Position numbers and translations under genes: made by a program
Shown: in pieces, positions 22,331 to 35,000 of the stretch
Position numbering within the stretch: position 1 is the first letter of the stretch
How the letters are laid out: every line of letters starts with the position of its first letter
Assembly (NCBI GenBank): GCA_024704765.1
Contig: JAKMXF010000330.1
Location: 124,001 to 188,000, forward strand
Direction: 5' to 3'
DNA: 64,000 nucleotides
Source of the DNA: Oopsacas minuta
Taxonomy: Eukaryota; Animalia; Porifera
Notes under the pieces: model-generated
The model's database searches: none
What the model saw: only the letters and a program-made list of their open reading frames with translations
Told to the model about the DNA's origin: nothing

Positions 22331-24130
22331 TCATTTAATTCTCCTTTTAGGGGAAAAATAAAGTATCAATAAAATTAGAGATGATAAAAAGATCAAAAGC
22401 CCAAAATTGATGAGTGAGAACAGAAGAAAAATCTGCAAAAGTAGTGTTTTTAGCATGAATGGTTCGATAATCTCTTTAGTTTGAAGTATGATAAAGCTCT
22501 GAGAAAGTGTTCCATTAGTTATATTAGGAAATAGAGGAATTAGAGTTATAACAACACTCATACTCGTATCCAAATCAACTACACCTGTACTACATCTGTA
22601 GACATCTGTAGTCACATTAGAACATCCATTCACTCTCACTTGTCTCAACACACCTCCTTTACTAGTGTAGTTCAATTCAAAACTCAAATTACTCACTCTT
22701 CCCTCCAGTCTGTATTTCCACTCCACTACTGAACTAGCTTCATTCAAACTCAAAGACTCCTCCAACACTTCTGGGAAAGTAGACACAAATCTAACATTCA
22801 CACTCTTCTCCACATCACTCAGTACTACAAGGTTGTTCAATGACGTCACTACTAATAGATATTCTCTGCTACTAGTCTCCAGTTCTGATTCACTTAACTC
22901 ATACGTCATATTCTCAATCACATCACTCTTCCAACTCAACCCCACACTACCTTCCCTTTCTAAGTATAAACTCAGTTGATAACTCACTGATCTATTCCAC
23001 ACATCTACAGGTTCATTCCATGACACAACAATACTCACTCTTCCTCCTCCATTGTCTACTCTCTCTAATCCCAGGTTCCGTACAATAGAAGGACTCCTCC
23101 CACACAACATATACACACTCTCCTCCTCACTGCGATACCAACCAGCATCACACTCACAAGACTCACTTCCTACCATCCCATTCGTGTTACTCATCTCTCC
23201 ACAACTCATACACTCACCCTCATTCCCAACATCAGGCTTGTATGTATTCACAGGACAAGCAACACAAGATAGATTATTCACTTGGCTCCATCCTCTCTCA
23301 CATACACACTCTACAGACTCAGGTATTTTCCAAGAACCGTTCGTATAGCATTCAGCTTGTTGGTGACTCACAGAACCTACAGAGCAGTTAAAGTCAAGGA
23401 TTGTAGGTTCATCACTCAGTATAGGAACTGGAATATCTGGTACTGAATGGAATTGGTTTATGATCATAGCAGGACAGACCAAGTAGTAGATTTGTACTGT
23501 AACAATCTGTGTACAAGTTCCACGGTTCACAATTCCAATATAGAATCCTTTCTTTGTGTTATCAAAAGAAGCATTAATTATTCCGTCATTTGTTTGAGTA
23601 TTAATTGTGTTTCTGACAAGTGTGAACTGACTCAGTATAACTGAAGTTATTGTCAATTCATTATCAGACTCATAAAAGTATATTTCTGATGTGTTGCGAC
23701 AATCTGGTATATCAAAACCCAATATCTCTTCACATAGTATTTGTACATCAATAATCGTAGCATCAGTAATGTAATAATCTGATACTATCCAGTTATTCTC
23801 TTCAATCATATCGATTGTAGTAGGGACACCTAAAGATAAGCAACAAGCATATGCAGGTCCACAGCTAGTAGTGGTTGCTGTTCGACATTGAAATGAATCC
23901 ATAGCAGATATTTGCTCCATTGTACCAAATTCAGTATATGTAATATTGTACATTAATGCATCTATATCCAATAGTTGAAATCCTGGAATATTATTGGAAT
24001 ATAAAAGGGAATCGAGGATATATCTAGTGTTGTTAGGTTTGCTTATACATTTAGGATAGACTTCTTCAGATAATGTTAACGTTAAAAGGAGGAGATGATA
24101 AAAGATATTCGAATTAGATTTAAGAATCAT
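22331..24130 (-). CDS. Kinase-less Eph-like receptor: near-identical copy of the 1125..4067 ectodomain plus a new TM and a tail of about 6 aa
   Basis: DNA about 22500-24130 aligns nearly base for base with about 2440-4067. After QSFIILQ it diverges into a hydrophobic stretch ending FSPKRRIK-stop. The ATG at 24130 corresponds to the paralog start. It could be a pseudogene. Confidence 0.7.
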   Translation of the reverse strand: MILKSNSNIFYHLLLLTLTLSEEVYPKCISKPNNTRYILDSLLYSNNIPGFQLLDIDALMYNITYTEFGTMEQISAMDSFQCRTATTTSCGPAYACCLSLGVPTTIDMIEENNWIVSDYYITDATIIDVQILCEEILGFDIPDCRNTSEIYFYESDNELTITSVILSQFTLVRNTINTQTNDGIINASFDNTKKGFYIGIVNRGTCTQIVTVQIYYLVCPAMIINQFHSVPDIPVPILSDEPTILDFNCSVGSVSHQQAECYTNGSWKIPESVECVCERGWSQVNNLSCVACPVNTYKPDVGNEGECMSCGEMSNTNGMVGSESCECDAGWYRSEEESVYMLCGRSPSIVRNLGLERVDNGGGRVSIVVSWNEPVDVWNRSVSYQLSLYLEREGSVGLSWKSDVIENMTYELSESELETSSREYLLVVTSLNNLVVLSDVEKSVNVRFVSTFPEVLEESLSLNEASSVVEWKYRLEGRVSNLSFELNYTSKGGVLRQVRVNGCSNVTTDVYRCSTGVVDLDTSMSVVITLIPLFPNITNGTLSQSFIILQTKEIIEPFMLKTLLLQIFLLFSLINFGLLIFLSSLILLILYFSPKRRIK

Positions 24131-24698
24131 CCTATCTAGTGTAATGATTGAAAAAAAAAGAGAAATTCCTTCGACTTCAGTACAGATACCAATATATATC
24201 ATGAATGACTGGAAAATTCCAGGTTAAACAAGTTAGGGTTGATGGAATTGTACCAATCAGAATTTCATTGTGATATGAATGTCAGGTTCTTGATCCGTCT
24301 CCGGTTAGTCGGAAACTCCACTTATTAATAATGAACTTTTCTCCGAAATTTCGGGCAATCGCATTCCCTAAAATGAATAATATTTTGGGTCGCGTAGCGT
24401 CCACAATAAGCAACCCCTATTGTATCTAATATTTAATTGGAATTTGCTACAACAGTGCATGTGTTTATGTGAAAAGAAGATTAATCCCAAAGATAAATTG
24501 TAAATAATTAGAACAGTTCAGAGCCTGACTAATCAGCAGGATTAGAATTTAATTTTATCACATGCAGTATAAGAAATAGATCTGAATAACGTCTTAACAG
24601 AGATATTTAAACTTACATATTCAATCACAGTTACAAAAGTAAGAATTATAACTATAACCAGATTTAATAATTGTCTCTTTATCCAGTCTATGACTCTG

Positions 24699-25895
24699 TC
24701 AGAAGAAGTAAGGTAAGAGAGAGGTACTGCCGTCTCTCCATTGAGGGTCTGAAGCAACAGGAGTGCGACATAAGGGACATGTTCTCTCTCTATCGAACCA
24801 AATCGATACACAGCCATCACAAAACACATGTGAGCAGAGCAGTTTAACAGGGTCAGCATACTCCTCCTGGCAAATAGGACAAGTTCCATTCTCAGAACGT
24901 CCCACATACATATAGGCCCAGTTTCGGGAGAGATCTAGCAGTGCTGCCCGCATCTCCTTCCCCTTCAGGAAGAGAGAGCTGGACTTGAAAATGAGATAGA
25001 GGATAGATATAACAACTGAACAGAACATACCAGCTTCTTCTGGCTGGAAGAAGTAGCTCAACCAAATACGAGTGGGCAATAAAAGACGGTAGAATTGAGT
25101 ACCGTGCTCGAGTGTGAGATAAATAGTACCTTTCTGTCTATTGGATAGGTGAGGAGGTTTCCCCAGCAAACAGACCATAGACTTAAGTAGCAGAACAATG
25201 TATCTAGCAGTGTAGTCAGTTACTAGTACTGCCCAGATTGTAGTCCAGAAGTCAAATGAAGGATGCATTGGTGGTAGTCCAAAGTAGAAAGAGACATAGA
25301 TATGGTACTGAGAGAATGTATAGTAAATGAGTAACAAGTTGAATAGCAAGAATAGCATCAATAGTACAAGTTTAGGAGATTGTTTCTTGTCACGAAGAGA
25401 AACTTGTCCCTTCAGCCCCTTGTTACAGTGGTATAATAGGAGATGAAGACCCACCCAGAGGACAATCCCTACCCAGTGATGCCAGAGAAGTTTGGTACCC
25501 AACAAGGCTACGAACACACCCGCTAGTAAACACCATCTACTGACACTTGTCTGAGCAGAGCTAACAGAACTGACTGCTTCTCCTATTCCGATCCTCCCTG
25601 GCTCCATGTCAATAGTGGTATCCATCTCTCTGATGGAGTTGGTGGCCGGAGTGGAACTAGGACGAGGTGAGCCCTGCTGCTGAGGAGATATCCCAGGAAC
25701 AAACCCTCTGAGGACAGAAGCTATCTGTAAGGCAGGGTTAGTGATGGAGGGGTCTGAAATAGGCTGGGGATTGGGAGTGAAGGACCAGGAGGCAGACCGG
25801 TAGTGAGAGCGGTCTCTATGTGAGGTGTTGGTTGCCTCTACATTGTTGTGTTCTGGAGAGTTTCCGTCCAGTTCATTCGGTTTAGGTTGTTCCAT
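24699..25895 (-). CDS. RNFT: RING finger and transmembrane domain protein (RNFT1/RNFT2 family E3 ligase)
   Basis: Multi-TM region followed by the C3HC4 RING CPICQEEYADPVKLLCSHVFCDGCVSIWFDRERTCPLCR and the family tail WRDGSTS. Confidence 0.88.
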   Translation of the reverse strand: MEQPKPNELDGNSPEHNNVEATNTSHRDRSHYRSASWSFTPNPQPISDPSITNPALQIASVLRGFVPGISPQQQGSPRPSSTPATNSIREMDTTIDMEPGRIGIGEAVSSVSSAQTSVSRWCLLAGVFVALLGTKLLWHHWVGIVLWVGLHLLLYHCNKGLKGQVSLRDKKQSPKLVLLMLFLLFNLLLIYYTFSQYHIYVSFYFGLPPMHPSFDFWTTIWAVLVTDYTARYIVLLLKSMVCLLGKPPHLSNRQKGTIYLTLEHGTQFYRLLLPTRIWLSYFFQPEEAGMFCSVVISILYLIFKSSSLFLKGKEMRAALLDLSRNWAYMYVGRSENGTCPICQEEYADPVKLLCSHVFCDGCVSIWFDRERTCPLCRTPVASDPQWRDGSTSLLPYFF

Positions 25896-26330
25896 AGTAT
25901 ATTTCTGCTGATATAACTAATTGACTAATTTTGAGAAAAGAGGGAAATTGTATCTACAATTGAATTACTGATACAATTACAAAAGTAATAACTCAAGCCT
26001 AATGTGTGAAGGTTGAGATTACATAAATATTATTCCTCATATTTTTGAATTGATGACTATAAATGTAGAAGAATGATGTAAACACTTAGTATAGGAGAAT
26101 TATAATCTGCTGGCCTGCACAAACAAATTGAATTAGTCAAGTTATCATATAATAATTACAACATGTGCCGACAGCTTAGTCTATTGATTAAATTCGTTTA
26201 AACTGGAAAACGGTTGCCATATACCTCTATATATTTTATGCCAGATATAAGAACACAGGTTTTGGGACATGCTAGCTATAAAAAAATCATCCTCTGAAGA
26301 GGCCTCATGTATTAATGAATAACATAGCCC

Positions 26331-26722
26331 AGATAGTATTGTGGAACCACAGCTCACAAATAGGCCAACATTACCTTCTCATTTTCCATTTCCAGAATTC
26401 AAAATTGCCAAATTGGAACTTCTTCTGAATTCTAAGTTATTAATTGTCTTAAGATATGTTATTTGTTTACTTTTTGGAGTATTCCTGTTTGTTGTAGTTA
26501 AATTTATGATTATTTGATTTGTGCTTGTTCAGTAATCTGCCCTGTATTTTGCTGGCCTCTTCGCTATTCCATGTTTATCTATTTGCTGTTAATTGACATT
26601 ATATTGATTAATTTGTTCTACACTATATCCATCTCATATATATTGGACCGTCTTGACTAAAAGGACTTCGCCCCGAGGTGCATTCACTTCTGCTAATGGA
26701 TGTATTATCCATTTGTTATTAT
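26331..26722 (+). repeat. Inverted copy of the MATE gene 3' end (partner 28466-28857)
   Basis: The 392-bp segment is the reverse complement of 28466-28857 with about 9 differences counted by eye; it covers the last about 60 MATE codons plus 3' flank. Confidence 0.9.
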
Positions 26723-27809
26723 AATAACAAATGGGCTATAGCCATATACCCAACCCTGTCACACGAAGCAGGGTTTACTAGATTATTCAAATTCACTAAA
26801 TTTCTCAACAATTTAACATAAATATTTGGGCTAATTACCGAGATCAATACTGTACGATAAATGAATCAATTATAACTACGAATTATTAACAAAAACAGAC
26901 AATAATATCGTGTATTTATGTTAAATATGTAAGAAACATCATTGAGAGAATTACCTACATCTTACAGCCTTGAGGTAGTCTGGCATCTGAACAACACCAA
27001 CTACTGGGCTCATATTGGGAATCAGCGTACTCCACCACCCTAGTCATGGATAGCTAAAATACATGGATATGAATGATAATTTTTAGGTGGATAAAAGGAG
27101 ACCATGAAATAAACATATGTGCATATCCATGACATATACGAATAACATAACATTTGCATCCCTATAGTATAAGGCAAAATGATCAATTGTCCAGAAAGTT
27201 CTTGAAAGAAGACACCTTTAACTATAATTCCTGTAATTTTCATTCAAAATGGACAACAAATATGTTAGGAGGATATGGCCATACAAAGTAGCACAAACAC
27301 CTCAAATACCAATTAGTCAGATTTGCTTCAAAATTTCAGGATTTCTTCGCCTAAATAATATATGTAGGTGTTACAAAAGAAATATTGATTGGAATGGGAA
27401 TTCACAATTTATGGGCCATAAACTTATAACAGTCATGTCAACCCTTCATACCTCTGATGGACAAAATTGAAGGTACAACATTTTTCCTTGAATAACTAAA
27501 GTAGCTAGAAAGAGATGTAGATAAGTTATATTACAACACCATGCCTAACAGGAGATGGCAATTCAGCAATTCCAAAGCTGATCGGTATCCACTATCACAG
27601 CTGATATACTAAACAGATACATTCAAGGTAGGTTCCAGGAGTTAGGGATTGATTGAGTGAGCGACAATACTAGAATTATACGTTGTTGTAGCCAGAATGG
27701 TAACCGCAACTTGTTTAAAAACAAGTGCAATTTTATATTTTGCTGAGTGAGTGAACAACAATTATTTCTCAGATAAATATATCATTAGTGTGTGTATTAA
27801 TCAATATGG

Positions 27810-28110
27810 CTTCTAGCATGCTTTTGAAATTTCTGTAAAAAGTTATGAAAATAAGATTAATCATATAATAAATCTGTGAATTTGTAACTTTCAGTATCTG
27901 AAACTCTCAAAATTGGACTCTACGCACCCAATTACCCCTGACATGGCTGACATCATGTATAAAATAATCTCTCGCATGCTTTTGAATTATATACAAAAAT
28001 GGTACGAAAATATGATTAACCATATGATAAATCGTGTAGATGTAGAGTTGAAACATCAAAATTGGAATTTCTAACATGATTTTTAAACACTTGGAAAAAG
28101 TGTGAAAATA
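27810..28110. repeat. Dispersed repeat copy related to 17740-17990, with internal repetition
   Basis: Shared GGACTCT.CGCACCCAATTACCCCTGACATG and ATATGATTAACCATATGATAA blocks; CATGCTTTTGAA occurs twice internally. Confidence 0.6.
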
Positions 28111-28117
28111 TTCTTAA

Positions 28118-28227
28118 CCGAATACTGCCAGGAAAATGTGTCATTTTATGACGTCAAAAAGGTGCTAATATCTCGATTTGGGTGCGGGAATAGGATATAG
28201 CGAACGTAACACTTAGGCAGTATTCGG
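28118..28227. mobile_element. 110-bp miniature element with TTAA TSD (piggyBac-type MITE)
   Basis: TTAA|CCGAATACTGCC ... GGCAGTATTCGG|TTAA: perfect 12-bp TIR with TTAA on both sides. Confidence 0.7.
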
Positions 28228-28671
28228 TTAATCAGTATTGTTTCAATGCATTTCAATAATCCTAACAAATTCACTTGTCCGAACGAAATATTTACAATTG
28301 GAGTGCTTTTCAGATTAATGAGTGTATTCTAAATATTTATTCAGATTAAAGGTAACCAAGTAATTTGCTAAATAGTTTATAAGTGAGTGTCTCGGATTAT
28401 TAGTTAGTTCGTTAAGTAAATCTAGTAGACTCTATCCTTCGTGTGACAGAGTTGGCTATGTGGCTATAATACCAAATGGATAATACATCCATTAGCAGAA
28501 AGTGAAGGTACCTCAGGGCGAAGTCCTTTTAGTCAAGACGGTCCAATATATATGAGATGGATATAGTGTAGAACAAATTAATCAATATAATGTCAATTAA
28601 CAGCAAATAGATAAACATGGAATAGCGAAGAGGCCAGCAAAATACAGGGCAAATTACTGAACAAGCACAAA

Positions 28672-30234
28672 TCAAATAATCATAAATTTAACTACAACAA
28701 ACAGGAATACTCCAAAAAGTAAACAAATAACATATCTTAAGACAATTAATAACTTAGAATTCAGAAGAAGTTCCAATTTGGCAAATTTGAATTCTGGAAA
28801 GGGAAAATGAGAAAGTAATGTTGGCCTATTTGTGAGCTGTGGTTCCACAATACTATCATTCATATGAGTGTTGTAGGAGATATTTTGTGCAATGGTATTC
28901 CAATTACGACAAAAGAGTATAGTCATAGAAGAAACAAAAGCGAGAGCATTGGATACACTTAAGATGAAAAACAGTACAAGTGCCTTAAGTGTGAAGTACC
29001 TTACAAATATGAAATCTGAAACAGATCCAAAAACAAACAGAAAGACGAACTTTAGGATAGTTTGAGTATGTTGCAACCCACAAGCATTCATGACTCCCTG
29101 ACCTAATATAATAGTGTCAGAAACGAGGATACAAACCGGTTGTATTAGCATATTGATATAGAGCTCTTTTAAGAACTTTTCATCTGTAGTGAATAAATTA
29201 CATAATTGCCGGTAAAACAGCATTGCATTTATACAAATAAATAGTAAAACAGTTTCTCCAAATGCTATTCCAAATATAGCAGATTTCTTGGCTTTGGTGA
29301 CAGTATTCGCACCTAACAGCTGTCCAACACGGACTGTTAGAGCTCTAGAATAACCCATGGTAAATAGTGAATACAGATACCATACTGATATCATTATTGA
29401 GAATATTGCAAACTCACTTTCGTCATTGAAAATCTGAAGCAAAATGATCAATGCGATTATACGAGTAAATGCAACAACTATCATTGTCTGTAAGAAAGTT
29501 GGGATAACAAATTTAGCAGTGTTATACCAACCACTAATCAAATCAATGCTCAACTCTACATGGGGCAGGTTTTGGTGAAATAATTGAATATGTGTGAATA
29601 TTAGTAACGCAATAATATAAGTACTGATGACGTAAGCAGAAGCTGCACCTGCAATTCCTAAATTACAATGCATTATAAGAATGTACTGGAGAAAACCATT
29701 TGAAATATTTCCGACCATAAGATATATTAATGGACTCCAAACAATATTTTGTGATTGAAGATAAGAAATGGATATCTGGTAATAAGCATAGGAAGGAAAT
29801 CCACAACAGAATATGGTGGTATAGGATCCAGCGCCTATCGATAACTCCCAACTTTGAGTGAATAGGTACACAATTGAACCTATACTAACAAACATTGAGA
29901 ATAGAGGGAAACAAAGAAGAATTGTTAAGATTAATACTCTGTAGTAATATAGCTTCACCAATCTATGTTGCCCTGCTCCGTACGCTTGAGAACATAAGAT
30001 GGTTACACACGCCGATAAACCTTCCGAAATTGAATAAGCAAAAATAGTTAATACTATCTGGCCAATGAATAGAGCGCTTAATTCTGTAGAAACATCTTTA
30101 CCTGATACTCTCCCAATAAATATGTTACTCATTTTCAGTTGAATCCCTTCGGTTAGACAAATAATGGAAGTGGGAAGTGCGAGGAGAGTAAGAAATTTTA
30201 TCTCCTCAAATGTCCACGCAATTTTAGCAAACAT
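28672..30234 (-). CDS. MATE family (SLC47-like) multidrug/toxin efflux transporter
   Basis: 520 aa with about 12-13 TM helices; ILCSQAYGAGQ, LGIAGAASA and VRVGQLLGAN motifs typical of MATE1-like proteins. Confidence 0.88.
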   Translation of the reverse strand: MFAKIAWTFEEIKFLTLLALPTSIICLTEGIQLKMSNIFIGRVSGKDVSTELSALFIGQIVLTIFAYSISEGLSACVTILCSQAYGAGQHRLVKLYYYRVLILTILLCFPLFSMFVSIGSIVYLFTQSWELSIGAGSYTTIFCCGFPSYAYYQISISYLQSQNIVWSPLIYLMVGNISNGFLQYILIMHCNLGIAGAASAYVISTYIIALLIFTHIQLFHQNLPHVELSIDLISGWYNTAKFVIPTFLQTMIVVAFTRIIALIILLQIFNDESEFAIFSIMISVWYLYSLFTMGYSRALTVRVGQLLGANTVTKAKKSAIFGIAFGETVLLFICINAMLFYRQLCNLFTTDEKFLKELYINMLIQPVCILVSDTIILGQGVMNACGLQHTQTILKFVFLFVFGSVSDFIFVRYFTLKALVLFFILSVSNALAFVSSMTILFCRNWNTIAQNISYNTHMNDSIVEPQLTNRPTLLSHFPFPEFKFAKLELLLNSKLLIVLRYVICLLFGVFLFVVVKFMII

Positions 30235-30873
30235 TACGTAATTTTTATGAATCTCTTTGAACTTATATTTATTGTTTTATTCAATTAACAAGAGATTCAC
30301 CCAGGGTTTCTCAACATGGTCACACTCTATCACAGATATTTTTGTAACTAAAGCATAACATTCTAATCAGTGGCGTCGTGTGGCTTTGAAATCGGGTCGT
30401 GGCACAAATTCAATCTAGTGTGCAACAAGTTATGGATAAAGGTCCATGGGCGCAGTAACCAATCAGAAAGGTCCAGTAGCGAGACCCATCGCAAGAAATA
30501 ACGTTTGATTTTCAATTATAGAAGCACAGAAAATTGCCATTTTTTCTGGTCCATTGGAGTAATGATGTGGGATCGAGGAGAATATTTGGGGGGACCAGGC
30601 ACCCCCAGGCACATATAGCACGACCCCACTGATTCTAATAATACACAAAGTCAAAGGCAATGACACTGGCCATTTTTTCAGGACCAGAGATTGGTTAAAC
30701 ATTTGATGCATTATGCTTTAGTTTATATATCAGAAACAGTGCACTTGGCCGAATGAATGTATTACATGTAGAAATACATGTCATTAAATAAAAGTATAAA
30801 CTTTGTCAAAATATGGCAATTTATTTGCTTAGTAAGCGGAGCTGTATATTTTGATCAACGACTATGTAGGATA

Positions 30874-31563
30874 TTAATGTTCTGGTACATAGGGTCCCCC
30901 CTGGATATTTGGCCCAGGGGGACCATATGTACCAAATCGTCATAGGTTTTGGTACATATGGTCCCCATTAATTACGAAGCACTTTCTAGTGACAATTCAA
31001 TATGGCTTCTCTTGACCTTTCGCTTAAAATCGTATATATTAACTAAGGGGGACCATTTGTACTAAATTATAGCAGTTTTGGTATAAATAGTCCCCTACAT
31101 TATGGAGCACTATTTAAATAACAAAATATATATGATTTCTCATCTCGTGACCATTTTTAGTTAGTAGAATTTAGAATTTTAGATTCTTCTTTCAAAATAT
31201 ATTTTCTCATTATCACTAAATAATACCTTATTTTACTGTTGATTAATTTCTAAACATGGTAAAGTCACGAGATGAGAAACCACATATATTTTGTTATTTA
31301 AATAGTGGTCCATAATGTAGGGACTATTTATACCAAAATCTACTATAATTTAGTACAAATGGTCCCCCCTTAGTTAATACATACGATTTTAAGCGAAAGG
31401 TCAAGAGAAGCCATATAAATAGAAATGAAGCCATATTGAATTGTCACTAGAAAGTGCTTCGAAATTAATGGGGGACCATATGTACCAAAACCTATGACGA
31501 TTTGGCACATATGGTCACCCCGGACCAAATATCCAGGGGGGACCTTATGTACCAGAACATTAA
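30874..31563. mobile_element. Foldback-like / long-TIR non-autonomous element
   Basis: Arms about 30878-31159 and 31251-31559 are imperfect reverse complements built from GGTACATATGGTCCCC / GGGGACCATATGTACC units, with an AT-rich spacer of about 90 bp and TTAA at both outer ends. Confidence 0.75.
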
Positions 31564-32062
31564 TCAACGTATGATGTTATGACAAAAGTGGGATATGCTA
31601 ATTAAACATTTAACCATGGATGTTAGATTTTGTATATCTGCCTGAATGTTGTTCTAAGGCGTTTCGAGGCACACCTCGTATGACACAGGGAGAATAGGGA
31701 TTCAAAATTTGGGGAATTTGCGTTACGTAGCGTTTAAATGGCCCCATACTCGTATAGCTATTTGATATTTATGGAATTCTTTGTAGAAAAGAGAAAGGAT
31801 ACGAAAATATAAATTCAGGCATAGTAAAATATTTGAAATAATAACAGATTATGATCTATTCATTGTCAAATAATACGACAACAGATTGAGCCAATCAGAT
31901 GAATATATATTATAAAAACAGCTATCTCAGCTTAGAAAAATTAAAATAATAAGAGTCCTGGCTCTGATTATTAATTCCTAACACATACGTGGAACTATAT
32001 TTACAAAGGAAAGACAGAATGCGAAATAAAACCAGATATGTAGTATAGAATCCGTGTCTACA

Positions 32063-35000
32063 TTAGGTAGTAGCAGTATTAGCAGTAGGTTGAACCGCCA
32101 TATATTCTTTACTGGGAGAGAAATATGACTTTGTCTTTGCAAGGGCTTGAGGACTGTTATCTTCTCCAGATGGATGCTCCTCTAGAGTATGGTAGTGAGA
32201 ACTTGTGTCGGAGGAGGAAGAAGAACAACGCTCATCATCTGACTTATCACAATCAGTTATAAGGATATCTAGCTGTGAGCGAAGTAAGCTAATCTCTTCC
32301 TTACACTGATTCAACTCTGTGTTAGGATGCAGACTGTCTGGACGTGATACAGTGGGTTGGTCTGGGAGACTTAGAATGTGATCATACTCGCTCTTAATGT
32401 TAATCAAAAATAGGCGGTCCTCATGATCACTATCTGGATCTGAGTTGTCATCTGTAGCAGAATCAAGTGAGGAAGATTCACGAGAAGAACTCCTATTTAT
32501 AGGTGTGATGTCAGATCTGGTGTCCAAGTCATCATGAGATGATCTAGACCCCCCGGGTATCGGGATAGTACCCGGATGTCTTCTGGTCTCGTAGCGACAT
32601 GAACTCCCTATCTCAGGTTCCTCTACACTAGAGTAGCTCCTGGCCATTTTCTCATGAGTCCTCTCTTGAGAGGCTGCGTCCAAGATATTAGGAGAAGATG
32701 CGGTTATTGCTTCACTTTTCCTGAGTCTAGACAAAGTGGATCTGTCATCTTTCGGAGACATGCCATCATGTATCAGGGTGTTGTTAGATGTATGTTTAAG
32801 ATAGTCGTCTAAATTAAGTTGAAATACAGCTGACACCACATCTTGTGTCAGATTACTGCTGTCCTTCTTGAATTCCCAGCCGTCTCCAAAACCTGTTCCA
32901 CGCTCCCGACTAGGAGACTCTATAGAGTCAACACTTATTTGACTGAGAGAGTCAATAGATCTGTTACTTTTCCGTCGAATACGGGAGTTAGGACTGTATG
33001 AAGGTACTCTTGTGTCTCCACTACAAATAGGAGATAGTGTTGGAGACTTTATACCATGTTTCTCTAGTTGGTGTTGATGAGGTTTTCTGAACTTCTTCCT
33101 GATAGAGAAAGGAGAAGTCTCTCTGAACTGAGTTATGTGATTAGTCATGCGAGTTATGTCTTTAATAGAACGATTCCGCTTTATGTTACTAATCGGCTGA
33201 CGTACCACATCGTCATCCAAACTCAGCTTTACCCTCCTAGGATTGAGAGCAACTGGTGAGAAGGTTTCACTGTCACTCTTAGATTCCTCTAATGGGTCCT
33301 CACTATTGTCTCCTCTCTCATCCTCCATTTCGCAGTCTATCTCAAAGGTGCTAGGATTATCTATCATAATCTCCACTAGCTTGGTACGTAGAGAGATTTC
33401 AGCCAACGCACTTATCCCCAGTTCTACGGGACGGAATAAAGTGGGACCAAACACAATACCCAGGTTATGTGAATTCATGCAATTAACACTAGCATTCATG
33501 TGTATCACCCGGAGATGACGTAATAATCTCCTCCCTATGATGTAGTTAGGGCGTGGTAGTTTCTGTACCAACTTTCTGAGTTCAATCAAGAGTCTCTCCT
33601 TCTCCTCATCAGCAGCATCTAGGTCAGGGTTCCTCAGCATCTCATCCCACTTACGAGAGAAAGGAATAAACTCGTCATAGAGACGGAAAGTGAAGAGAGG
33701 CTCGGGGAGCTGTCTGAAGTATAATTTGAGGCAGGATGCTATCAGGTGAGGAGGCTCCTCGGATAAATTTATATCTTTATAATCTCCTGTCTCAAAAGAG
33801 GCACACAGGTTCTCTACTTTGTTCTTCACCCCTGCTATCCGGTATATTCCCTGTAGATCCAACCCTCTATCCTCTATCTCACGGATACACCTGGAGAGAA
33901 TAGGAGGAATTTTATGATTATTTGCCTTCAGCTGATCTTCTAGAGAAACCCCAAATGTAGTGCATCTAGCCAATGGCTGAGATTTGTTAACTTCAGTCTG
34001 TCCGCATATGACTATGAGGAAAGGAAGACACTTAGTGTGAACTGCTACGTCACACTTAGAACAAGACACACCAGTCAGGAGAGTCAAGTGATCACACACA
34101 CGACATCTAGTAGGTACCATAAGTCTACTGAGATCGTGAGTCTGTTGAGCTTTTAGGGCAGCTGCACGCTGATGGTGCTCAGGTTTAGAGTTCATAACAG
34201 CTTGAGGGGAAGATTGAGAGGGAGCAAGAGTGCGACGCTTGTACTCTTCTCCATCCGGTCCTACCTCTGACATTAACTTCCCAGTAGAGGGATCTACTGA
34301 GAAAGAAGATGAGTACTTTTCAAACTTAATGTCAAAGTTTTTCTTGTGAGAAGTGTGAGCTGAACGTACTACGGTAGAAAACACGGTCCCAGGCTCCACT
34401 CTCTTAACTCTCTCCACAACAGAGGACAGGTAATCCGGCAAAGGCTGACAGTACTCCAGTTGACATCTGTAGAATAACTCTAGACATTGAGCTAGTTTCA
34501 TATCGGAATCTGTTGCTAATATACGAGAAGCACAGTAGATAGAACCTTTGAATAGCTCGTGCTGCTTGCGACAAGTATTAGCATTAACTATTGATACAGA
34601 ATAAGCTCTCTCACACTCATCCAACCTTGCTCTAGCCTCCTCGAGCTCTTTCTTCCTTTTGAAATCATCCTTCTTCTCAGAGCGATGCATTGTGAAGTCA
34701 TAACTCCCTCCTGCTTGGAAGTACCTCTCCTTAGCTCTGTTCATAGCATTCTCAGCATCTTGTACTTTCTTCTTCTCAACAACCCAGCTGGACTTAAAGT
34801 TATTGTATTGGTTTTCTAAAGTTGATTTAAGATGCTCATTCAGAGGAGTTAATACTTTCTGATTAACTTGATGCACGTAATTCTTAATAGCTTGCTCTGC
34901 ATGTCTCTCATTTATACGTTCCAATTCGTGTGTAATGATAGGCTGTGAGGATACCGTACCGAAGTAGACGTGTACACGTTTGTTGAGATTTTCCAGGTTA

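Noticed and set aside
26960-27720. Degenerate coding-like stretch on the minus strand
   Set aside because: Fragments could be read as either MATE-like or Eph-like; it needs tblastn to call.
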